Of a stretch of DNA of 64,000 nucleotides, positions 12,206 to 25,444 are shown one piece after another. The position numbers and the translations under genes were made by a program. How positions within the stretch are numbered: position 1 is the stretch's first letter; each line of letters begins with the position of its first letter. The stretch lies in the NCBI RefSeq assembly GCF_000002075.1, contig NW_004797549.1:57978-121977 (forward strand), written 5' to 3'. Origin of the DNA: Aplysia californica (lineage: Eukaryota). The notes below the pieces were generated by a model. That model was not told where the DNA came from, did not search any database, and saw only the letters and a program-made list of their open reading frames with translations.

Positions 12206-15200
12206 TCACAGAGCAAACAAGAAACACAGAGCACTTCCAGATAATATTTTATTCAGTACCAGCTTCAGAAACAGGGAACCAAATTGCAATCTGCAAGACC
12301 CCCACATGATCAAAACTGGAAATGGAAGAAAGCAGAAAGAATGGACTATGTATATCAATATATATATATATATATTATATAACATATGGGAGGCAGCATA
12401 GTGAAATCAGGCGCTCGTCATGGAAATTTTTATTGTATTTTTACTTTTATGGCTTAACCTCTTTTAGATCCATATTAAAAACTTTTCCTTGTGAATTTTA
12501 CTGAAAAACATTGATTAAAGGCACAAAACATGTAATTTTTCAGTTTTCAAAGACTTTTTAGCTATTGGAGTTACCAAACTTTGACAGCTATTTTCTCGCT
12601 AATTTCACCACTGAAACCAGGCGACCTCACTTCCTTCAATCGTAAATTATATTTCTTTCATTGGGAGCAAGAAGGCAAATAGCTTTCAGATGATACCCAT
12701 AACTCCACGTGCCAAAAAATATTGACAAGCGCCTGATTCCACCGCGTCGTGGCACATATACAAAATCAGGGATGCCAAATGACTTTGGTAAAAAAAGAAA
12801 CTCAAAATGAGCGGAGTATCACATCTCACTTAAAACGAACCTTGTAAAGTTTTACAATAAGCAAACAAAAACATCTCTCCTACCTCTCCCCTTTCCTTTA
12901 CAGTGTATCGTGCTTTGTTGTATCAATTCCAATAATATTGTTTCTGTCTTGAGAAGAAGGACCTTATGTCAGTGGCCTTCTTCTTCAGGGATGCTAAATG
13001 ATTTTTGGAGAAAAAAAAACCCCTGAAAAAGCAGGATAAACCAGATATTTGGCATCCCTGCATGATTTATCTACACCCAACAAATGTGATCTTAAGAGTA
13101 AAAGTGGTCAACCTTCACTTTTGATCAAAATTGAATAATCACTCCTGCTGGATAAATCTCTATTGTATCTCATTTTCAAATAAACTCTACTGCATATTTT
13201 TAAAGTTATTTTTATGCATTTTATCATCAAATCTAAAATTTAATTTATAGTTTGTGGAGTTATTGTTTTTTAAAATACAATTCAATTTTCTGCAGAACTA
13301 GGAGAAGTGAAGTTAGACCACCCTTATTCTTGAATCACAAATTAGTACTAGTACATGGGCATGATGTTGAAGAGATTGTGGACTATCACACTTGAAATAC
13401 ATACAAATACAAAGCAATTCCATCCACACTTCCCAGATTAATTTTTTTAAAAAATAAATATAAGTGTTTTTTATGCCCCCATCGGCACAATTTAGACGTT
13501 TAGGAGGCGGACTTCGACCCTGCCTGTCACTGTCATGGCAAACCCGGACTGAAAAACATTCCAGCACAAAGGTCAAGATAGTAAAAGTCCTCATTCAGGA
13601 ATCAAACTCAGGTTTCTTGTATGTGACAGTGAAGTACCTAACTGCTGCACCACAAATGCCGGTCTCTCAAATTTTGATAGAGTGTACATTTTACTTCTCA
13701 TTATTCAATATAATTTAGATCATTAAAACATTTTGAACTTTTTAAGACGCTGGCTGCTTCAACCTTGTATGCCAAGGCCAATCCAGTCTCAATGAGATAC
13801 TGCATTCAAGCAGACAGACAGAAACATTGAATAAAACAAACCTCCCAACATGGGAATCAAACTCTGGTCTACCACCTGCAACAGCGAAAAGCCTAATATC
13901 CACAGATCTTGAACACGAAAATCACGAATTCTCGGATATCTCGAACATAATGCTTCAATTCAGTCCCTATGTTTTCTTTGTATTGACTTCACGGAGTTCC
14001 CGATCACTCGGAACATGCAACCCTCAAATCTCGAACAAATCCACTTTGCATTTTCAACTAAAGACCCATCTTTTAAGCCTTTCTGGCAGCGGGTAGGTGT
14101 TGCTTGGTTTTTTTTAATGGGGCTGTTGTCTCCCCACGAGAGGCTGGAGGAAGGGGGGGGGACAGGGAAGGGGATTTGGGAGTGATGCTGACCGCACCGC
14201 ATGACTGGCTCGCCACACGTGCAATCATGCTGTGGGACGAGAGTGGTGTGGATGACAAGAGGTGTAACTTTCTATAAGCCAATGAAATCAGAGGAAAGGA
14301 ATCATGTAGGAGTCGGCTGTGTACACGTGAGATTTTCTGCTTTCCACTTTCATCTTCATACAATCACACTGTCAACATGTTCATCAAGGGAGCCAACACG
14401 TTAATTGTTTTAATGTTCTCTTTACCTCCCTTGATTTTCTCTCAATTTCTTTGTATTTGGGGCTTTCACCGAGATGACGAATTACGGAAATCTTGAACAC
14501 TTATTCCAATCCATGACGAATTCGAGTAACTAGTGTTCGACTGTAATTACATTAACTAATGCCAACCCGTTACTTTCATAACGACACATTAAAAGAAACA
14601 GAATGAGCAACTATTGAACTGAACTATGGCACAAGTTCTTATTTATGTGCGACAGCAGAATATAATTGTTAATGCTCCACGCTTCCGTCAACAAAGTTTA
14701 CATTAATAAGAGGCTAGCTGAGTCACCTCTAACTGTCACCGTGTTTGCAATCAGATGAGAAACACTGAAATATAAAAAACTTCTCCACTCGGGTACTGAA
14801 CCCATGTTTTCTGCATGCATGACTCAGCTCTTAACCATTACTGTACACAACAGATGTCGGTTTTAAATACTCAAATGCCATTCCTTTGTGGCAAATAAAG
14901 ATTAATTCTCCCCCCTTCCAAACTGTCTAGGCATTAGAAGAGGACATCTCTTGTACTTGAAAGGAAAGGATGACACAGATCACAATCATACCTGACTCTG
15001 TATCAAAAGTGTGTTCAGTTGTGGATGAAAAAAAAAAGTAAAATGTAAGAGCAAAATTTCACGGGTCAAATAAAGTCTGTCTGCCTAATAATATCAGAAC
15101 AAATCAGGCCGACTAATGGCAGCCCCTGTGTAAACAATATACAGACAGGGTGATCCAGAAAAAAAGCTACAACTTGTTTGTAAATATCTTCCTCCATACT

Positions 15201-15927
15201 GAAGTTTTGCGTTTCAGATTTGAACATAACAATAACATTTGGAAGCCAAAAGGAATTTGTCTGACATTCATTTTAGAGAAGTCCATTGAATGGTTTTGCT
15301 CTAATGGTGCATTAAAAAAAAACCCACCCATTTTCAACTTTATTTTTCATCGTCATTTTCATAGCATGACGCCCCAGTTTGCATTAGGTCTACCACTAAA
15401 AGTTGCAACAATCGCGCAATACTGCAAGCTACAGCAGTCTAATAAGTCAATAGAAGTCTGCAGATATTATTTTCCAAAATTTCATTTGCCTGCTGAGATG
15501 ATGGTTAAGTCTAGTAAAGAGCAGAGAGAGCTTTTTGTATTGAACATTAACTGTCCACAAGCTCACCATCCCAGACATTTCGTAAGTTCTGCGCACGGCA
15601 TGGAAAGAATGCTTAGGTGCCCTCAAGACCTTTGGCGTCATCACTTTGGATCTAAAGCGAATCAGAACTTAAAATTTCCTTAAAAAATGACCACTTCAGG
15701 TCAAACACGCACCATGCACAGCCCTTCAAACGTCATCAGGGTGCCAATTTCAGTAGTCAAGTCCCAAGAGATGTCTGTCTGTTGACGATCTGCAGCTAGG
15801 ACTTTCCTACACCTCAACAGTCTGCATTCTATTGTAAGATCTTAACCTACGACTGTACCATTTTCATCTTCGTTAGGCCGAGATGACATGTCTCAGAGCA
15901 TGGCAATGTGTTCATGATTCCTCTATT

Positions 15928-16058
15928 GTCTTGAAAAGCGGGATCATTTCCTCTATGAATTTGGTTTAGTGCAAAGCCCATTTTCACCCTGAGGTCTTGA
16001 AAAGCGGGATCATTTCCTCTATGAATTTGGTTTAGTGCAAAGCCCATTTTCACCCTGA
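15928..16058. repeat. Tandem duplication, 66-bp period x2
   Basis: gtcttgaaaagcggg..ttttcaccctga starts at 15928 and 15994. Confidence 0.9.
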
Positions 16059-17329
16059 CGTTAACTCAAAAATGCTGTCTATTGGGCACCCCACTCCCTA
16101 TTGTCTCAAGAAGCCACTTCATACTGAATATGTACTGTGTATATAGCTCTTTAAACTGATGGTATAGCAGGTCCATGTGTTTGGGCGCCATTGAACATTT
16201 CGAATGACGCATTAAAAATGTGTCGAGTATAAAGGAGGGCATGTAGAGCACTGCTTGTAGGAATTTCAGAATGAAATCGTTAGTTTTCTTAAACTCTGTA
16301 AAAAGAAATTAAATATTGTTTAAATGTCACAGGGATGGAAAATTAAATGTCAAAGTGAAAAAAAAGAAAAAAAAGTCAATCAATCTTTTCACGACTTACT
16401 TTACAAGATTTTTAAAATTGGTGAACTTTGCGTTTTTGGGTGCTTTTTTCTTTAAGTCATTTCCGTTTTCGAAACAAATTTCTTCTTCGTGGATTTTATG
16501 TCAAATTCCTTTTGAATGAATTATGTCTGTTCCAAATTGCAGCATTCAAGAAAAATTTTTGAGAGAGATATTTAGAAAAAAAGTTGTAGTCGTTTTTTTA
16601 TCACCCTGTGCATATGAAAGTAACCTCTTCTTCGCTTTATCAAGTTTGACCCAAAAGTCCATTTGGGCCCGTGGGATTCTGCATGCAAACAAAAGATCTG
16701 ACCTCACAAAGCACTGTGCCTTTTGATTGGTGGTTTTCATTAAATATATCAAAAGTATCAAATAGTGTCCAAGAAAATCAAATATGTTTGATTTTGGAAG
16801 ATTAGATTTGACCCAGCTGTGCCAAAGTAGTAGATATTGCCCCTCCAAGAAGGAAAGACCTGGCTGCCATCAAATGTATCAAATGGACATTTTATGAAAC
16901 TTGAAGTGCAGTGTGCACTGCCTCTAAGACATTTTGACCCAACAGGTCACATACATAAAATAACCTCTTGCAATCTAAAAATACCACTCAAATTAGTCAA
17001 ATGCAATCTTGAGTGAGCATACACACAAAAACACACCCATAAGCATACAAGTGTACACATACATGAACCTCTAAATACATCATGAAACACAAAACCCAAG
17101 ACATGTGATCAAATCCATATCACATGATATCATAAGCTCTACATCATCATTATAACTTACATTATTAGCATTATCAACATTAGTAGTACAGCTAACATTA
17201 TTAGCATTATTGAATTGTAATACCATCGTTCATATGACTAAACAAGAGACTTTGCAATTTTTCACAGCATGGTGCACCTTTTTCATATTAACTCATTCAG
17301 TGCCAGGCTTGTCTTACTTTCTTGTTTTT

Positions 17330-17530
17330 AAATAATAAATAGCATTTGTATAGCGCATATCCCAGCTCAACAGCAGGCTCTATGCGCTTTACACTATATT
17401 ATTACCCCAGCAGACCATAGAACACTCAGAAACATTCTCAGCTTCCCGGGAAGCATACAGTGCAAGCAGCCATTTATAGGCACTAAAAAACTAACATACT
17501 GACAAGATCTTCCGCTGTCTATAACCGGGT
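17330..17530 (-). mobile_element. SINE with L2-like 3' tail (same family as 54843-55170; tails also ~1430-1495, 7730-7800, 53038-53110)
   Basis: gtaaagcgcatagagcctgctgttgag..gcgctatacaaatgctat(tat)n. Confidence 0.7.
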
Positions 17531-20500
17531 AGTCTTGAACCTGGCAGGGAAGGGGTTAAAGCTAAGCTTGACACATCATCTGTGCAACACCCAGGGACTA
17601 TGATTAATTAATCATTATTGTGAATCAAGACTGCCTGACACTTCGCTACCTCAGAATTACAAGGTTCTATCTGCTCAGGACCTAGTTTTGAGAAATTTGA
17701 CATCAAAGATGTTGAGTTCCACATCATGTCAAGCTTTTTTCAAATGCAATTCTTTGAATATATTGACAACGACTCCGAATAATCTTACGATTTCGACAGA
17801 GCAGATAGAACATTTGGTTTCCGACCTCATGGTCCTAGTAACTCGAAACGGCCAGAAATGTCAGATAGAACTTTGTAATTCTAAAGTAGGACTAACAAGT
17901 TAATGTAGCTCGCAGTCCACTCATCTGCACGGGACCCCCAGGTGGAAAAGAGCATCCACATCTACACACACTCAACCCTGGCCAAGAATTATGATACAAT
18001 TTATGAACAGCCGCAATGAAGAAATGAATATATGACAAACTATGAAACCCTTTATAACCATGATAAACCCACATTCAATAATGAGGATGAGATTACCATC
18101 ACCTTTCATGTGGAAATAGTATTAAAAGTGTATCAAATCCAATATATATACAAAACTTTTTTTTTTTTTAAATCATCAGAAAGATAACCAGTTCACTTCC
18201 ACACACATGAGTGTCTCTTGTCAGAATCAAACAGGGAACCTCCATCCCAATCAGTGACACAGAAGGGGGAAAAAAAGGCGAGAAAGTTATCTTTTAGTCT
18301 TAGTAAGAGATTTACGGCACTTGCAGCACAATTATGTCATATAAGAGCCGGAGATTATATAAGAGCCGGAGATCTAAAATCATACCAGAAATGAACATAC
18401 AACGAAAAGTCCGGGGAGAAATAAGGATGACAGATGTTTGATATTAAAGAAGGTGCAAACCACTCATACACGAGGAAGTTATAATTATAAAGACACGGCA
18501 TACACAAACATGCCGACTGATTCAAATGATTGTAAACATTTTAAGCTCTTATCGACCCAAGCTGGATTATTTACAATGCAGTCTCCTGTGACTTTGCATG
18601 TCATTGCCATTCCCCACCCCCCTGACAGTAGACCGACAGAGCTACTCAAGAAATTCTTTTTCTTCTTCTTCTTCGATCTCGGCTCTAGAAATTCGTTCCC
18701 CAACTTCAGAATCGAACTCACATCTTCTTCAAGCAACAGCATAGACCCTACCCATTACATTACAGATGCAAGTGTGTATTAATTATACTAAATACTTGTA
18801 CAGTTTCATATAAATTATTCTATTAGTCACCTTAAGATGAAAAAAATACTCTCCTTTTTTTAAGACAAGGCATTTACACATCCGTGTTTAATTAAATCGA
18901 TATACACAGAACTGGGACGCCAAAAGTTTAGCCTGACGACGCCATGTCAGCCAATGGCAAAAATTCTGTCAATGTCACTCATAACAAAAGTACATGTAGT
19001 ATATCTGAGCTTGAAAGGAAAAGAGGTGAAGAATTTGAAATGGGTACATTTGAGGAATGGTCTCAAGCATTGATGGACATTGAAATACATTTTTTTAAAA
19101 ATAAAACTTTAATTATGTTAGGAGACGGATTTGCCCAATCAAGGGAAGAAATAAAGGTGAAGAAAAAGCAGCTTAAAAATATAAACAGTAAAAAGCCTCA
19201 GTCCATCCCACACACTGCACCCGCAGTGGAATTTTACTTGCAGCGGGAGGTTCCCCGCCGAGCGCCTTATCACGTCGGGGTCACAGAGGTCAGCTCCCTG
19301 TCCCGCTCTGTCTGGGCTGACTTAATTTTTGGTACGTTTTACCGTACAGTTTTAGGTGTATCCTTCTATTTATGATAATTATCATTTAATGCACACAAAG
19401 TACGCATTTCTGCTCTTGAGACTAAAAAAACCCTGGACATAGCAGCTTGTCTGGTTACTTCGTTAGTAACTGACAAAGTTCTGATTTCTAAAGATTCACA
19501 GGTGACCGTGCATATTTCCAACACATTTAAACTAAGAATGAACGTGTTAGCTGTCATCATTTTTATTCCAAACAAGAAGTTTATCTCTAACCACATATTT
19601 ATACAGCTTTGTGTTTTAAAAAATTGCATAATATATCTTTCCTAGTTGTATGCAGGCTGCCAGGAACAGTTTAGAAATGACCATAAAAAATCTTTTTTTC
19701 TCAGAAATTGTTTGCAAATAGGTGCATTTTGTAGCTTTATCTCCACATAGCAAGGGGCTTTTTGAATTTTTGAAATCCATCAATAAACAAAAAAGTTACG
19801 AATTTTTTAATCAATTAATTTTTGGTACACTTTTATATAAGGAAAAAAAACCAAAATATGGGACGGTTTTCGATGAGTTTTGAGACAATATTCGCCATAA
19901 CTCGCTCATTTCTCGGAGTATGTAAATGAAACTTGGCAACTAAGTACATTTTCTAGTGCAGAATCTAGTCCTGCTTTCAGTTTTTTCATAGCTATCATAC
20001 TTTTAAAGTTATGAAGACATTTATTCGTAAAAATGTGGCGGTTTTCAGTGTGTTTTGAGACGAAAATTCATCATAGCTCGCTTATTTCTCGGGTTATGTA
20101 AATGAAACTTGGCAGTCTAGTGCAGCTTTTAATGCAGAATCTAGTCATACTGTCAGATTTCTAATATCTATCATACTTTTTACGTTGTAAAGACATTAAC
20201 AGGTTAAAAAGGTGGTATTCTTTAAAGATTTATAAAGAACATTAGTCATATCTTCTCCCAAAGTCATAATATTTGAAAGGAATTTGGCAACATAAAAGAT
20301 TCCTCCTTGCTAAGCAATGCTCAGGATCAATTTCTCACAAAAATGTAAGTAGAGAACTGGATTAGTAAAAGCATGCACACTTTGTAATTGAAGAAAGAAT
20401 GCAGAATAGACTGACCGTTGTCATTGTTCTTCCTTTATTGAAATTTTTAAAACTTTCTCTGGACCTCCTTCCCGTTAGCCACGACCCAATACCGTCCTCC

Positions 20501-22127
20501 AGCCCGAGCCATAAACTCCAAACTTGTCTCAACAACACTCTTCCTGGACACCCTACGTACGGGGTTGGTGACACAATGTTGTAAGTCCTCCTTCAGCTTC
20601 TGAATAAGGTCTTTGAATTCCAGGTAGGTTGACTTTGGAGAGATTACCATTGTCCAAAAGGGGCCAGTGACTGAATGAGAAAAAAAATCCTAAACACAAA
20701 GATAAAAGAATCAAACTTGGATCCAAAAGGGCGTCGTACAGACGGGTTTGTTTTGCATTTATGTTTTTATGGGATTCCAAAAGTTTGATGAAGTCCTCAT
20801 CCACCCCTCATGATGGTGGAATACCTGGGCAGCAACCTCAAAGAGACCATTGAACCGGTTGTCTTTGTAGGATTTTATACAGCTTTTCATTCCTTTCTCT
20901 CTCCAGACAGTACGCTCCCCACTCATTCCTAAGTCCTCTGTAATCCCCCACAGGGCCCAACAAACCTGATGCATCTCTCAGCATCACAGCCACCGGTTGT
21001 TTTACCTCTCCCTTTGGAATGAATTCCAACTTCTTGATGGCTGTGAGCACATAACTGTGAAATCCTAGCAAGACATGCGCCGCACAGTGTAGATGCTGCA
21101 CATCTGTCGCTTGCTCTCCATGTCTTTCCGGCATCTCATCTCTCTATTCGTCCAACAGCCTGTTGCTCTTCTTTTCATTCGCTGCCCTGTCATTCATGTA
21201 ATACTTCATCTTTTTTAAAATCTCAATCTTTTCACTTTCCTTTGACTTTCCCATGACTTCTCCTAACTTTTCTGTTCTCTCCTCTGCTATTGCCTGTCCA
21301 GTCTCTGACACAACTGATGTCCAACCCAAACAGTATGCTTCTCCTTCTTCCGTACTGATCGACGTATCCAGAATCTTTACTTTCTTCCTTGTTGTTCCAT
21401 CTTTATGCATACCAAATCCTTTGCTTCTTTTCAGTGCCTTCTTCCTGATGAAAGTCTTCGCCAACACCTGTCCCTCGTCAACAATCCTCTGACATGCTGT
21501 CCTACTCGGCAGCTGACTAAACTTCACTCTACAAAATGATCCAACAGCTTCCATCACCTGTCCAATCTTTCCTGTAGCCACTTCCAGTCCTGTCAAATCC
21601 ATCACACAAAATCTTGTCTCATCTGTAAACTCTCCCTTTGTGTTTGTAGTCTCAATCTCAACTTCTGCTTCTTTTTCCTCCTCAACCAGCTCTTCAGCTT
21701 TCTTTGTGTCATGTCTCCTTCCATGGTATCTCGCTCTTGCAATTGCTGCCTTCTTCTCCTTCAGCAACCTTCTCACTTTTTTCCTCTGCTTGAACATCTT
21801 CGTCTTGAGTTTGGCATTTTCCTGTATTCTTTCCTTCAGCTGCTTTTTCAAAAACTCATTTTCTGTTTCCTTCTTATTTATTAGCGAAGTCAACCTGCTT
21901 TTCTCCTGCCTGAGTCCCATCCTGAGCTTAACATTTCTTTCTTCCCTTCTCTTCATGTTCTTCACACTGTACTGACTTTTCATTTTTGCCTGTTTTATCA
22001 TTTCCTGTTTCAATTCGTCATATTTCTTTTCCATCAAAGACAGTTGTTTCTCCTTTTTCGCGATTTCATATGTTAATTTGTTCGCCCTTTTCTTCGGTGT
22101 GATTATTCTCTTTCGCATGATTGGATC

Positions 22128-22370
22128 TTGTGAAAATGAGTGAGGCCTATGTGTTGATGGGGCCGGTTCAGAAAATGAGTGAGGCCTATGTGTTGATGGG
22201 GCCGGTTCAGAAAATGAGTGAGGCCTATGTGTTGATGGGGCCGGTTCAGATGAAGTTGAAGGGGTCGGTGAGAGCAGAAGTGGGTCTGATGATGGGGCCG
22301 GTTCAGATAAAGTAGATGGGTCGGTGAGAGCAGAAATGGGTCTGATGATGGGGCCGGTTCAGATGAAGTA
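22128..22370 (-). repeat. Coding tandem repeats (39-bp x3, SEPAPSTHRPHSF; plus ~57-bp x2)
   Basis: gaaaatgagtgaggcctatgtgttgatggggccggttca repeated; in frame with the transposase ORF. Confidence 0.9.
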
Positions 22371-22430
22371 GAGGGGACCGATACAGACAGCAGAGTTGGG
22401 GGAGGGAGTATGAATACATCCTCCCTAAAC

Positions 22431-23109
22431 TAGGGATGGGCAGGTTAAGGTACCCAGTATCGGAACTCCCGGCTCTACCGAAGGAGGTGTCAGTACCGGC
22501 ACAAGGCCTCCAGTACCGGCTCTCGGATGGAGCCAACAGCAACGGTTAATACCGGCTCTGAGAAGGAGCCGACGAAGACGAGGTTTTTTTTCCTTACCGG
22601 GCCACGGGAAGTGTGCAGTGTGTAGGCTTAGGTCTAGCAGCTGGGGCGTCAGATGCACAACGCAGTGGGTGACCTTGATACAGGACTTCAGATTCAAAAT
22701 TGACAATCAAAAACGAAGTGTTTGCTTAAATTTAAAATATGGCTTCAAATCAGGTTCCACGCGAGCCACTTTGCTTATTTGATACGCTGATTCCGAAAAT
22801 GAAATCAATTTTTAGCGGCGATAACTATTTTTAAAATTCTGCTTGCAAAATTTAATCCCATGCGGCGGCAAACTTCAAAGGTATTTTGTGTCACAGTTCG
22901 CCTCTCCAATTCTGACTGATGTGTGTGTGTGTGGGGGGGTTTGGGGGGGGGGGGGGGCGGGCGGCGCTGATCGTGGCGTTAGACGCAAGACGCGAAGTCT
23001 GTGACGTCACCTACTGGTGTCACTCTCAGTACCAGTACCGGAGCCGGTACTGGCGGTTCTCGGCCGAGAAAGTACTGACACTGGATTTCGCCGGTACCGC
23101 CCACCACTA
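22431..23109. mobile_element. Non-autonomous hAT element (679 bp) inserted in the transposase gene
   Basis: Perfect 8-bp TSD ccctaaac (22423-22430, 23110-23117); TIRs TAGGGATGGGC / GCCCACCACTA; subterminal agtaccgg repeats. Confidence 0.9.
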
Positions 23110-24474
23110 CCCTAAACCTCTGCAATGGAGCACCCCTCAATTTCGACGCCTTCTTGCCGATGTTGTACATTTTTTACCGCAGCGCTTTGGCAGGAACTGA
23201 CTCATTTTGAAGCCATTTCAGAAGCCAGTTGGCTGCGGTGATCGATTTCATTGTTGACGTTTCTCTAATCATGTCTAAAACGATGCCATTTGTTAGTAGT
23301 GTAGTGGCAGGGGCCCCGTATTTTTCAATAAGATCGTCTCTGTGTATATCCATTGTGGGACAGTGTCCTATTGTAGGGTAGATTTAAGATGCGCTTAGAT
23401 AATATATAAGTCATGGGAATAGTTCGCATGTGTAGGCTACAAAAAAAAAAAACTCGTACTAAACAGATTTTTATATCTCTCCCCCCCACCCCCACCCCTC
23501 TCTCTCTCTCTCTTTCTGTCACACACACACACATGCACGCGAGCATGTACGCACGCGTGAACGATAGCAATGTAAGAACGTGATCATCTTCCCAGACTGG
23601 ACTGAATTTTTAATAATTATGTATCACACTCTATAATAACAATCTTTCTGACCTCCTACTACCTCACTTTTCGAAACACAGCAAAGTGGACGAGTCCAAG
23701 TATGTGCTTTCACAAGAGGGGGGAGATAGGGTTTCATAACGCAAACACAATGGTCATATCACTTCTCAAGATGTTTCCTTTTCTGTTTCTATTCTTCTCT
23801 CATGCAATTAAACAAATAAAAATGACTACATCTATTGTATTGTGACTAAAATGCGACACAAATGCAAGTTATCAACCCCCCGTTTGGTGTTCAAATGTCC
23901 TTTCCCCCCCCCCCCCCCCCGCTTCGAGTTCATATAACCGGGCCTCGTTTTGCGGCCCATGGCTGATGACGTCACCGGTGGAATTTTCCGAGCCGCCAGT
24001 CGTTCACCCAGCATGCGCAAATGGCAATGCCGTTTTACCTGTAGTTACCCCCACATTTTAAGGGAATAAAGAAAAATGGTGTACAACTTACCAGTCAGTT
24101 TGACAAATCACAGCTCCAGAAAATCTTCAAACCGCACCACATTGAACACTTTCGCAAACGTTTTCGACGGGTTACTGAATGAGTACAAAGTTGTCAAACT
24201 AAACACTGCGAGATTGGCCTCTTTTCTGATTGGCTGCCAAGTTTCATTCATATCCATTCACGAGAAGCAACGTGAGAGCGAGTTGAAGACAACAACCTTT
24301 GCGTTAGCTCGTCCCACGAAACACCCCCGCGGCGGGGGTCAAAAATCGGCAGAACAAAATGCGCTCGGTGGGCATTGCTAAATAGTTGTCAGATTTTACT
24401 AATTTGCTGAAATTTGAATATGTTATGTATATATGAATGCACAGTCTGGACAAAAGGGGAGGAGGGGGGGGAGT

Positions 24475-24882
24475 TAAAACATTGGTTTTCAGGACCAACT
24501 CTATGAGTAAAGTCTTGAGTGTGATCCTTAACTCCACTGCAGTCAAAGCATCATTAGACCCAGCCGTAGATCTAGTCTCTGGCAGCTCTAGCGTTGATCC
24601 CCTGCCACTTCCATTATCGTCAATATTATCATCGATGTTATGCGAAACAATGCTATTGTTTTCAACAGTCATATCTACTGATATATCTGACTAGGAATCA
24701 TCATATGGGTCTGGTTCAGAATCAAAAAAGCCAAAAATATTGCGGTCTGATGGGCCTGGCAGCGAAAAGTCACTCATTGTAAAAATTCCAAATTCTTGGA
24801 GTAGAACTGCACTTATGACGTTATCGATATTTTCTGCTCTCGACAGATAAAGTTGACCAGCGGTATAGGGTTTAAGGGTTAA
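24475..24882 (-). mobile_element. piggyBac-like remnant
   Basis: TTAA|CCCTT terminus near 24880 on minus, followed by an acidic, stop-interrupted N-terminal-like ORF. Confidence 0.4.
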
Positions 24883-25444
24883 CACAAGGAAAGAGCAAGA
24901 CCGACTGACAAAAGCAACAGAGATGAATAACTGGACACGATAATGGCCATTTTACACCAGAAATGAGCAAGATGGATTGACAGAAACAACAGACCGAAAG
25001 TGAAGAAGAATAACTTGACACAATAATGCTTCTTTAGCACTAGGAAAAAAACAAGATTGAAAGACAGAAACAATAGACTGAGAATACAGAAGAATAGCTT
25101 ACCAGTGGCAGAACCCTCCAAATACCCGCATAAATATATAATCAATGAGTCAATGTTATAATCTCCTTGAAAAAAAAAGCATGCGAGCCCACGATGGTAT
25201 GAACCAATAGCCCAGTCAGCCGACAGACATCATCACACACACAAAGTCTAAAGAAACTAGAGCTCGCAGATTCACAGCATCTCCTAGATAAACATAAAGA
25301 AAGCCATGTATCCTTGTGCACCCATTTGAAACTGAAACAATAATAATGAAAATAAATGTAACTGACAATAAGAGTGAAAAAAACCCAACCCATGTACAAT
25401 CCAAAAGCTGAAGGCCCACCCATCAACAATTTCGTCCATACTCG

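Larger units (their letters stand above)
20400..23353 (-). pseudogene. Disrupted DDE transposase
   Basis: ATG 23353 MDIHRDDLIEKYG..LQRF|REDVF (frame restored across the MITE), Pro/Ser repeats, basic coiled coil, then HKDGTT, MNDRAANEK, HCAAH, NRFNGLF motifs; in-frame stops (~23174, 21144) and frameshifts (~22320, ~20820, ~20680). Confidence 0.8.
19254..24372 (-). mobile_element. ~5.1-kb DNA transposon (CxxH-type DDE transposase; hAT/P/Kolobok-related, superfamily unresolved)
   Basis: 12-bp imperfect TIRs cccgccgagcgc (19254-19265) / gcgctcggtggg (24361-24372), ~175-bp subterminal repeats at 19862-20200, internal transposase pseudogene; no TSD seen, so ends are tentative. Confidence 0.6.

Noticed and set aside
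19213-19347. snRNA-like layout: GC-rich stems, Sm-like AATTTTTGG (19324-19332) and a terminal hairpin
   Set aside because: It overlaps the putative transposon TIR, and the same 14-mer ttaatttttggtac recurs at 19815-19828 as a subterminal motif; no convincing match to U1/U2/U4/U5/U11/U12. An Rfam search would settle it.
22121-22315. Regular repeats as a CRISPR array or a plus-strand repeat protein
   Set aside because: No unique spacers, eukaryotic context; the repeats are in frame with the minus-strand transposase.
19226-23985. Direct repeat gtggaatttt as a 10-bp TSD for the transposon
   Set aside because: The enclosed ends have no TIR; better inverted termini lie at 19254 and 24372.
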